From positions 4,092,001 to 4,156,000 of the forward strand of contig JBLDXI010000024.1 of assembly GCA_047495785.1 (NCBI GenBank): 64,000 bases of DNA, given 5' to 3'. Below the pieces are notes generated by a model. That model had not been told where the DNA came from and ran no database searches. It was given only the letters and a program-made list of their open reading frames with translations. Positions 34,691 through 45,000 of this stretch are shown here, one piece after another. A program made the position numbers and the translations under genes. Each line of letters opens with the position of its first letter. Position 1 is the first letter of the stretch. The stretch comes from Lepidodermella squamata. Taxonomy: Eukaryota > Animalia > Gastrotricha.

Positions 34691-35293
34691 ATGTGCGAAC
34701 CCCAACGATCTACTCGAGGCGATAACAGCTTTCGCTATACAAGAATCATTTCTATGCCCAATTTGATGCTGGAACCCAATATCAGTGACGCGTTCGCGAA
34801 AAATTCTAGAATCATGCTAGTCGAGGACATAGCGAAAGAAATTATTATGGCTTTCGAATCACCTAAAAATGACGTGATTTTTGGATATTTTATACTCGAC
34901 CTGCCTCTCCATGCCAGCGTTGAATTCCTTCGACGAATTATTCCCGAAAAGCGCGTCATCATCACCGACCTTCCGGGCTTCAAAACTAAAGCCGCATTTG
35001 TTTGTTGCGATTCACTGGCCGACCGCAATGTGGCCATTGCCTCTCTGTCATCTGAAGTTAAAGGATGTCGTATCATTCCGTATTGCGAAGATGCGGGTAT
35101 TTTTCGCGATTTCTCAGACGGCCTGAAAAATGGGCGTTATAAGCGTCTTGTTTACGGTGGAGCGGGTTCGAAGGATATCAGTGATGGCAGCTGCAATGAA
35201 ACCGACGATGAAGAAGATTATCGCCTAATTTTTCGGGTGCCTTTATTTTTCGCTTCTGTTCAACAACAATATAGGAATCGATTGATAATCTAG
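34691..35293 (+). CDS. ORF with a degenerate RRM-like domain; overlaps the upstream orphan ORF 34278-34766 in another frame
   Basis: YFILDLP (RNP2-like), SVEFLRRII, KTKAAFVCC (RNP1-like), DSLADRNVAIASL and EVKGCRI occur with RRM spacing. Confidence 0.4.
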   Translation: MCEPQRSTRGDNSFRYTRIISMPNLMLEPNISDAFAKNSRIMLVEDIAKEIIMAFESPKNDVIFGYFILDLPLHASVEFLRRIIPEKRVIITDLPGFKTKAAFVCCDSLADRNVAIASLSSEVKGCRIIPYCEDAGIFRDFSDGLKNGRYKRLVYGGAGSKDISDGSCNETDDEEDYRLIFRVPLFFASVQQQYRNRLII

Positions 35294-35792
35294 CCTCGTA
35301 CGCAGCGCCCTTACATGATGCTTTGACAGCTTATGTTATTTTCGCGTGCCTTCGAGGACAAATGGCCGTTGATTCGTTGAGCAGCAATTGGTTCCGAATC
35401 AATCTGCTCAATTATTTCAGCGTTCGTTTCGACCTAGCCACCTACGCCTACCTTCCTTTCTCACATTTATGGCAAGGCATTTGTACGTTGGAAGTACAGA
35501 AGAGCGACGTTACAATACACACGACTGCGTAGCAATGTTCCACTTTGCGACTGGGTTAACACTAACAAATCATGAATTCTCTGAATCTTTAAAAAATTGC
35601 GAAATTCGTGTTCCTCTTCCTGTTTTTTGTCGCTAAATAAATACGGCCGGCACTCAGTTGTGTACGGCTAACATTTTTCAATATATTATGCTCGCATTAA
35701 TAATGAATCCAATACGTGACAGTACATTTCCATTTGCGTCTCACTCGTTTTTTATCCGGCGTCGACCTGTATGCACAAGCTACGGCATCCAG

Positions 35793-35800
35793 TATAAAAG
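35793..35800 (+). promoter_or_regulatory. TATA box of the FMO gene
   Basis: TATAAAAG about 55 bp upstream of the ATG at 35852. Confidence 0.55.
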
Positions 35801-35851
35801 GAGACCCAGGCGATAAAAAGAAGCCGTTTTATCATCGCCAATTCTTTTAAA

Positions 35852-37159
35852 ATGGTCCGATTAGCTGTTGTAGGAGCAGGACCTTCAGGTCTAGTCACTG
35901 TCCACACGATCAAACGTCGATTGCCCGCAAACTACGAGGTGGTCGGCTTCGAACGCGGCAGTGAAATCGGCGGCGAGTGGCTATGGACCGACAAAGCTGG
36001 CGTCTACGAAGACGGCACGCCGAAAAGAAGTTCAATTTACAAAGGCCTGCGGCTGAACACGCCGAAGCCGCTGAACGAGATTCACATGCTGGACTACCCT
36101 GTCCCGGATGACATGCCTGATTTCCCATCAGCCGCGGACTTTCTCAAATTCCTGCAGGGGTTCGATCGAACTTTTAATATAGGTAGTCACTTTCGATTTC
36201 AAACAATGGTTACTAACATTCGGCGTGAATCGCCTGGTAGTACCAGGCTGGTACTGACTATCAAAGACCTGGCGACAATGAGTGCCACAGAAGAAACTTT
36301 CGACTACGTATTCCTCTGCGTTGGCCAGAACCCTCAGCCTTACATTGTGCCTGAGATGGATGTTTCTAAATTCTCTGGAACTGTCATGCATTACCACGAT
36401 CTCTACGACCCAGAAAAAATGACAGGGAAGCGGGTTCTTGTTGTAGGAACTTCTTTCGGCGGGTTGGACATGGTTTTAATGCTAAGAGATTTCGCCAAGA
36501 AAATAGTTGTGTCCTACCACTCCGGGATACCTTTCTGGCACAACGAAGCAGTTGAAACTGTGGCCGAGTTCCGCCAAAATCTTGTTAGAGCTGAGGGGAA
36601 TACGGCTTATTTCGAAGATGGAACTTCCAGTGAGGTTGATGTCATTATTTTTGCAACCGGCTATCGGCAGGTCCATCCTTTATCCCAAGACGTGGCTGTT
36701 AAAATCGACAACTCGCAGCTGGTCTACCCGTTCTATAAGCACCTCGTTCACCCCGACTGCCCTTCGATATTTTTCATGGGCAAGGTGTATGAGAGCATTT
36801 TTCATCTTTTGAGACCACAAGCTGAGTTCTGTTGTGCTGTAATTGAAGGGTCTTTCAAACTACCGTCAACGGAGGAGATGAAACAGGACATTGAAGAATC
36901 GAAGGCGAAATGGTGCCCTCAAATGGAGTTGATGTGGGATATTTCGGAGTTTTACCCGATTTTCTTACAGGAGATGGAAATCGGCAGGTTTTTGACTGAG
37001 AAGGCCAAATGCGAGCCGATTCCAGACTATGTGCCTCGGGTGCTATTTGCATCGCTGAAATCTATCAGGAATGACGTGCTGCGGTATCGGGAGTACAAGC
37101 TAGCTCCGGATTGGAAAACTGCGACCGAATCCACTTCAATCATGATCCCACCAAAGTGA
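35852..37159 (+). CDS. Intronless flavin-containing monooxygenase (FMO family), 435 aa
   Basis: FAD motif GAGPSG; FERGSEIGGEW; SSIYKGLRLNTPK; FMO fingerprint variant FSGTVMHYHDLY; DVIIFATGY; AATAAA downstream. Confidence 0.92.
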   Translation: MVRLAVVGAGPSGLVTVHTIKRRLPANYEVVGFERGSEIGGEWLWTDKAGVYEDGTPKRSSIYKGLRLNTPKPLNEIHMLDYPVPDDMPDFPSAADFLKFLQGFDRTFNIGSHFRFQTMVTNIRRESPGSTRLVLTIKDLATMSATEETFDYVFLCVGQNPQPYIVPEMDVSKFSGTVMHYHDLYDPEKMTGKRVLVVGTSFGGLDMVLMLRDFAKKIVVSYHSGIPFWHNEAVETVAEFRQNLVRAEGNTAYFEDGTSSEVDVIIFATGYRQVHPLSQDVAVKIDNSQLVYPFYKHLVHPDCPSIFFMGKVYESIFHLLRPQAEFCCAVIEGSFKLPSTEEMKQDIEESKAKWCPQMELMWDISEFYPIFLQEMEIGRFLTEKAKCEPIPDYVPRVLFASLKSIRNDVLRYREYKLAPDWKTATESTSIMIPPK

Positions 37160-37675
37160 AAGTATCAATCGTTCAACTACAATCAGAATTGTATTGGCGC
37201 TATTTCTACACGCTTTGTGATTTCTCAATTAATAAAAGTTGAATGATCAAATTCCTTGTCAATAAACGCCTCTGGCCTATAATCAATCCAGCATTTTTCT
37301 GAACATTCCCCGCGGAAACCAAATTACTGGGCCGAAAAATTACCTCGCTTTAAAAGCCACGAGTGCAGAGTCTGCAGACCTTCCCGGAAGCAAATTTGAA
37401 ATTTCCCGCTTTCTCTATTGGGAAGCTTCAAAATTTCCCGGAAATTACTGAAACCCCCAAAATTCCAGGCAACAAGATCCAGGTAGAATTATACACCCCT
37501 GATGAAAGCATTAATATTGAGAATTGGGAAGACGCCGCTGTATTAGCTCAGAATAGAATTGCCCTCAATTCAATGGTACCATTTGAGGATATTTCCAATG
37601 TTTTCATTCTTCAAAACTTTATTGGCAAGACAGCTTCAAACTTATTTACACTAAAACTTGTCATATTAATTCACC

Positions 37676-40600
37676 TCAAACTTTTTTTACGAGCAAGGCG
37701 GCTTTTCGAAAGCCCAGCGCGAATCTGAGGTGAAAATGAAGTACTATAAACGTCATACTTGTTTAGCCAAAAGGCAAATAATACTTACTCGATAAAACCC
37801 GGCTTTCCCTCGGCTGGTCGCGTGTCGCTAGCGTAGATGTTTTGAATTGTCAGACTTTGCCAGACACTGGCTACAACAGCCGAACCTAACAGTAATAAAG
37901 AAAATGATATCAATCTAATTTTTTCATATAATCGAAATGAATTAATAAAGAATGTCACTCTCAAACGAATTTAAGGAAGGCAACTTCGGTTTTGAGGATA
38001 CGATCCTTGTTAAAGTAAACGTCGGATCTCTGCGCACAGCTATTACTGACCATTTGGAGTGAGTCTTCCAAATAACTGCATCTTTCTATCGCTATTGATT
38101 ATTTTCAGGCGTGCTACCGACGACCGACGAAGGACTATCATACTGGAAAAATAATCGAAAATCGACCGAAAACAGGGCTATTTCAATACCATTTTATTCT
38201 CTCTTTTTTCTTCACGTGAAAGCAGCTTCAGACTTCAAGCACTGAGAATCTTCGTACCTATAAAGTACGTAAGTTGTTGCCGTGGCCAAACAAGACGACG
38301 ACGATTCAATTTTCTTTAGGTGGACATTGTCGACTATGGAAATCGAAATCCCGCAAAAACTCGAACGAATATTGAGAGTTCTGAGTTGGTCTAAACATGC
38401 TACCCCTCAACGAACAATCGCCATTGAAGTAACCTATTGGGAACCATAGATAAGAATCTTGCAGGTAATATCTTGCTGATAAGCTGCAGCTTGAAAGCTC
38501 TTGGTATCGCGCCAGTTCCGAGAGTTGAAAGAAGACGGGATAATTGGCGATGTTGTGACATCACTGGTAACCAAGCTGAAAACAGTGCTATTCTGCACAA
38601 CGGAGTGTGAAAGGGGATTTTCCTCCATGAATCTGATTTAGGACGAGAAGCGGTCTCTTTCTTAGCTAGAACAGTTGAAGGTAGGATACAACGAAAGCCT
38701 GATACCCTTCGCGTAATTTTAAACTACTGTTTTAGGACTCTCCAATGCCTTCTGTTCCATGCCGGTTTCATTATTGCACCTGCTAGCGATTTTGTTCTGG
38801 CCTATAAGGACGACATAATTGCTTTCGGCGCTGTCGAGAATGAGTCTACCGTCGTCATGACGATTTCTGTGAAAAACGAGATACATAAAATCGAGGGGAC
38901 AGTTGGGTTTCTCAGGGACGCGTTTCAAACTGATGGAGCTCGTTTCTGTCATGTAAGTCATAGGACTTATGTGTTATTGTAAATTTCGGTTATTTTTCAA
39001 ATATGATTCTACAGGTGAATATTGACCCAACCCGCAGTCGATTAGCCGTCGAGTCATGGATGACTCGATTCCTGCGATGCGGCAACAGAGAAAGCGGGTT
39101 GCTCCAGCTCATCTCTGATGTCGAGGAAGTAGGCATTTCACGTGCCGTCGCTGAGGTCTCGGAAAGCCGTGGCCTTCATCTAACAGCAGCTTTGATATTC
39201 TCTCGGCTAGACTGTCCCTTTGATGCGCTTCGCAATTTCTACCGGTGTCGCGATGTTATTGATCTTTCCAGCCTCGTAATAACTGTTATTTTCTAACTTA
39301 ATTTTTCTAATGGGAATATTATAGATTCCGGAGTATATTGGATGTGAAGCTGTGAGTGAACTCGCCAGAGTCGACCCGGAATTCAAGCAAATCGCAAACC
39401 CGTTACGGAGAACCTTCACCAGTTGTCTCGACAGATCTCACGAAATGGCTTCTAAACACGACCACGACTACATCGTCCGGATTAACGACGAAGAAATTAA
39501 TTCGGAAATAAAGCACGCCCGAAACAAAACGAAAGATGTGACGAAGACAGGCGGCGAGACACTGGACGAAACAACTTTGTTGCAATACGACACCATCCTA
39601 ACGACAACTGGTGCTGACATGACAAGAACAGAGAAATGCGAGAACGCTGCCAACAACGCAACCTTGCCCGACAAAATTGACGCCAACGTCGCCAACGCCT
39701 CAAATACCGTCGTTATCGAACGCTCGCAAAGGTTCCTACAAAAAAACCGGTCCCAAATACCTGGAATTGATCTTTCCTCATCTCTTCATCTAGGTCAAGG
39801 AGGATTGTCCGAGAAGCGCAGCTGGCACTACACTCAGCGCGAACTCTTCATTCATTACCTCAACTTATCTCACGGCGACTTTGCGAGAGATCTACACTTC
39901 CGTTTCCTCGCTTTTGACCTACTGCGCTTAGAGCAAGAACGTCACGGCTTCTCTGGCATACAGCTGATCGAGTACCTGTGAGACGTCAGCCGCCAGTTCC
40001 GCACAGAAACAGTTAATGACGCAGACGACAATCCGCCCAAATAGGGGTGAAATCGTGGTGAAATGAATCGATGAAAAGCAGCCCAACAAGTCAGTACAAT
40101 TCGATTTCACCCCTTTGTTCGGCAAAACTTTCCGCTCCTGAGTCCGGCGTTTGCACTGCAGAACAACGCCGGACTGGACGAGCTCAAATTTCGTGGGCTC
40201 ACAAGTCTCTAGCTCAACCGTCGTGCTTATTCGCTCAACAGACAAATTGACAAATTTGGCTGACATGTTTTTGGGCGGAATAGTCGCGACGCAAAAGTCG
40301 CGACCGGAATTGTCGCCACGTCAAAATATGATTTAAAAATATGCAATTTACAATTTCTAACGCCGTAGTGCATTAACCTTATTACTTAACACTATCGATG
40401 AATCTGACTTGCGAAAATAAGTTTTTTTTCTTTTTTTTCAGCCTTTAAGCAAATTTACCCTACATCTAATAATAAAAAAACTGCGAGAAAATTTACCGTT
40501 CGATAGATGCTCTTTGAAGGGAAATTCGAGTTCAACCAAAATTTCGCCTTGATTTTCGAAATTGACCCAGTTCGCTTCTCCTTTCCTAGCTTGCGACTCC

Positions 40601-41931
40601 GTGCGAACCCGCGGTAGCTTCCGCATCCTGCCCAAACTATCGCGGCGAATCGTGATCTTCATATTCGTATCATCATCCGGTAGAAAAATCGCCCGATGAA
40701 AAACACTGAAAGGACTTATCGAAGTTGTTCCATCAAGCGACTCCACAAAACCCGTGACGAACACATCGACGAGCTCGATTTCAGCCTTCAAATGACGCTC
40801 TACGCCGAAATTCGACCGAATCGCATTAAAACTGAAAATGTCGAAATTTTGCACGTCGATCGGCTGCAAATTCATAACCGGGTAAATTCTGAAAAACATC
40901 TGCAAAGCTGATTTGTAGTGATAGCGAGACAATTGAAGCAATTCCGAGAATCGATTAGTCACATTTTTTGCTATTCTCGCATAACCCAACGGATTAGGCG
41001 AATGCAACTCAGTGCCGATTTTTCCATAGACCGAGTAATGTAGGACAATGCATGTGCCTTCGGTAACTGGTTCGATTTCTTTGAAACAATCGTCGAAAAA
41101 CGAGAAAACTTTTGATTTCAAATGACCAGGTTTTGAGGGGATTTTCCACGAAATCGGCCCGATTTCCAACGAAACAGCCCCTCCCTCGTAGTTAGAATCG
41201 AGGAAAGCCAGAAAGGTGACTGGCCAGCGATTTGAATCACCATTGTCCGGAATTAGGTCATTTTTCGTGATTTTCTGATCTTTCGGAATTACAATCAGTT
41301 CTTTTAGATAAGCTTGAATAGGGACAGATCCTTCAACGAGATATTGTCTTACTCCTGATTCATCTAGCAAGTTCCGCATCAGCGAATCGATAAGTTCAGA
41401 TTGCCTCGAATCACTGAATAATGTCGGCCATAATTCATCATCAGAAAAATCAAGCTGTCTCGCGCCGATTTTCAACAGTTGCTGATTTTGCTGAACTTCG
41501 AAAAATGTTTCAGCTATCGGATAGCTAAGATGACGGCCGTTGATTTTGAGCCTGGGTAAGTAGTCCACGTCTGTGTCGGCGAAATATTCGATTCCAGGAT
41601 GGTGGTCATCTATTCGCTCATCATCGTCACAGTTTTCGATGTCGTAATCCTGCTCTCGCGCGGCTCGTTCTTCCGAAGTTTCACATTCGCCTTCTTCTTC
41701 GAAAAACAGGTCGAGAATCTCTCTCAATCGCCGCTCCTCCGTCTCTCTGAAATGTTAGATATATTCAACTTGAATAAATGAAAACACTTGATTTTATTAC
41801 TCGTCCACTTTCTTCGATTTTCCGCGCTGAAATCGACAGTTGAAAATTTTTTAAATTAACGAGGGTGAAATAACGCATACAGTAGCCGGTTTTCCGGATG
41901 AAATTCCACGCTTCTTCGTTTTACTAGCCAT
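37676..41931 (-). CDS. Tandem family copy 4, with a 2.6-kb TE-expanded intron (37886-40496)
   Basis: Start MASKTKKR; main exon closely similar to copy 3; distal exons 37885-37789 and about 37724-37676 (EFALGFRKAALLVKKV) match the last exons of copy 3. Confidence 0.8.
37930..40400 (+). mobile_element. Degenerate Helitron-like fragment (DUF6570 / N-terminal Rep region) in an intron of family copy 4
   Basis: Frameshifted motifs FSNGNII, LTKWLL..HDHDY, IFPHLF..GQGG and HYLNLSHGDFARDLHFRFLAFD. Boundaries are approximate. Confidence 0.6.
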
Positions 41932-42077
41932 GTTTTACTACTATCTAAACGTTCAGAAAAGCCTGAGAAAAATGAATTAATTCAAATTATCACCAACTTT
42001 TGCGATGTCAAATCATTTTATTCAATCGAAGTAAATTATATTGATAAATAACGGGCACAAAATGTAGAAAATTTCAA

Positions 42078-45000
42078 TTAATGCAAAAAATGAGCAATAA
42101 CAATTCCGTCCGCCATCACCGGCATGACATTTCGCCGTTTACCGGCCTGATTTTCCGCAGAATTTCGATTGGCAACAATTTTCGACAGCATAGTCCACGG
42201 TTCATCCAGATCTTCGTAATAACCACTATCCATTTCATTCAGCTCAACAAATGACGCCGAGTTTTCGCCAGAAATTTGAACTAAAGCCTTCAAAATAACA
42301 TTTCTCGAATTTTTCTCCATCAATTTCGGCAGGAGTAAAATTTCAGCAAAATCCGCACAAATCCACGAAATAACCGGCTTGTTTCTATTCAAAATCGCCA
42401 TGGCTAATTTCGAATGCTGGCATGGCGAATTGTCCGAACAATGGCAATCACTCGAGGTGAAATTTTCGCAAATCGGATCAAATAATTTGTGGGCTAAATG
42501 GTGATTTTCGCCACTTTTCGAACCGGAAACGAAACGATAGAGCCAAGAAATTGTGACCAAACTAGCGAAAAATGATTTCGACTCGAAATTACGCGAAATT
42601 TCAGCCAATAAAGAATTCACGAGATTTTCATTCGAAGCTAACGAAAGCGCGAAATTTCTCAGATTTTTCTCTCCAGTCGACCAATAAATTATCAAAATTG
42701 CGTTGAGAAAATTCAGAAAAGCCAACCACAACTCCGGATCTTGACCTTGAACCAAATTAACGAGCCGACTTAAATACGAAGCCAACGACAGTCGATCCTG
42801 GTCGATTAGAACCCGGGCAGATTGAGGCGATTCACAAATACAACTCGTCGCCAGGCCGAGAAAAGCCGTGCTGGGCCGATAACTCGCCGAAATCAGCGCA
42901 GAATTCGCCAATTTTTCAAAACACGATTTTAAGGTGGAATTTTTCAAATTTTCAATCGCCTGATTCAACTCGGAATTTTCGTTATTTTTCAGCGATAATA
43001 ACGAATCTGTCAATCTAAGCCATTTTTCATTAGAATCGCCCGTTAAATCCAACGAAGTTTGAACTAAAATGACCGAAATTGCATCCGATAAATTCTTTGC
43101 TTGTTTATACAACCGAATGAAAGCGGTGAAGAAAGTCGATTTAGCCCAGTTTTGGACATTGAATTCGATCGGACAAGCCATTATCAGCTCGAATAAGCAT
43201 GAAGTCAGGTAATAATCACCCTGGCCAGTTCGAATGAAAGCCCAGGCCGTGAATTCAGGCTGAATTAGGTAAAATAACGGGATTAATCGGCTTGTCAAGG
43301 CGTTGTCCAGAATTCGAACAAGTTCGCTGTTGAAAGCTACGTCCGGTTCTAGTAAAGCTAGCTCGAAGATAAAACTAGTGACTAGATGCAGCAATAAATC
43401 GTCTTCGATGCATTTCGACGCGAATTCTCGGAAAGATTCGGATAAAAATCTTCGAAATTCATTTCGAAAATCTGAAAGCAATTTCCGACCCGATTCAACG
43501 CCATTACAAGCCAAAATTAGCAGATAAATCGGCAATTGAGATTGATAAGCAGCGGGATTTTCGAAAACTTGAAGTAGCGATGCATTCGCTTTAACGAGAT
43601 TCTGCTCGAGAAATGGCGTTAATTGCTGTGAAATTGGTAGTTGGAACTTAATCCCGAGCAACTCGCCATGTTTTTGCCATTTTTCAACCCGTTTCCACGC
43701 AGAGTCTGAAATAACGTCATGAATCAGGGTGTTTAAAGACGCAATCCATTCTAAATCCGATGATTGGTTCGCCAGAGATTTGAAAACTAGGCAGTGTATA
43801 AGCAGTTGAGACGACTTTGCGTGGATTTGGTCGAAAAGTGAGCTGGTTAACGTAGTTAGAGGGCATTTTTCGATGCAGTTTGCGATAGCGGCGATTCCTG
43901 GCCGTAGTTGAAGCCATTGAGATTGATCGAGTGGTTTAGAAGTGAGAATTTGCGAGAGAATGTTGCACGTATTGTTGACGATGGTTTTGAGAAATTCAAA
44001 CAGCAAAGCCGCAAATCGAACTAAAAAATTGAAAAATTCGTTAAAAATTTGACAATTAAATCAAAAATTCTGAAATCACAAAAGTTTTTTGAAATGCAGA
44101 TTACTTTCCTTAGTCTAAATTGTGCGATCGAATGACAAAAAATCGGAAAACATTTAGTTGCCAGTTGCTTGAAATCTGGAATGAGGGTCGATCGTAAAAT
44201 CACAGGCGGCTTTGAATTTAGAATTTCTCAGTGAAAATCATAATGTACATTTTTTCCGGGACTAGACTCGCCAAATTGCTCAACTCCAACAAATTTCTCA
44301 TTTTTCAACATCTATTTAATAATCTATTTTAATTTTCATACATCATCTCTGCAGGATGAACCTGTTATTTTCATGCCCTGAGACGCATGAGAACCCTACA
44401 ACCTACAACCGAGTTGGTTTCTGGAGTAATCTTCGGCGATTAACGGAACTGAAAACTTCGATTCATAGCTCTAATGTTCGTCTGTATTAATGGCCTTGAG
44501 ATACGCAATTTCGACCCAACTCAGTTCGCGCGATCGTGGTTGCAGAAGGGTCGTCGCAGTGCCCGAGATCCGGCTCCGTTACAAGCTCCAATTGACTCGC
44601 CGGTCGAGAAAATCAGGTCAAGTATTTTTATACCAAAATAATTGATAGGATTGAGGCATTGCGAGATCATCGTGGAGTTCCGATTGGGAAAGTTTCGTAG
44701 AGAATAGTTATCACAAGGGTTCACTGGTGGATGGAATGTGCAAAGCTTCTTGCCTCTGGCGCTTTAGGTTAATTTCGGCGCTTCAACTGCGTGAAGACGT
44801 AGTCCAATTCTTCAGGGTTAACAACGGAAGAGTGAAAGACTTCCTGCGGGGATTCTTCACCGACGAAATGAGCGGCGACTCGACTTTTGAAGTCTCAGAC
44901 GACGACTACGACGGGGTTAGTTGCAATTTCTCTGCAAGCAACCCTGACCTTGTTAAACCCGAACCCTGACCCGAAACTTGCTAAAATTGTCACGTTTTTC

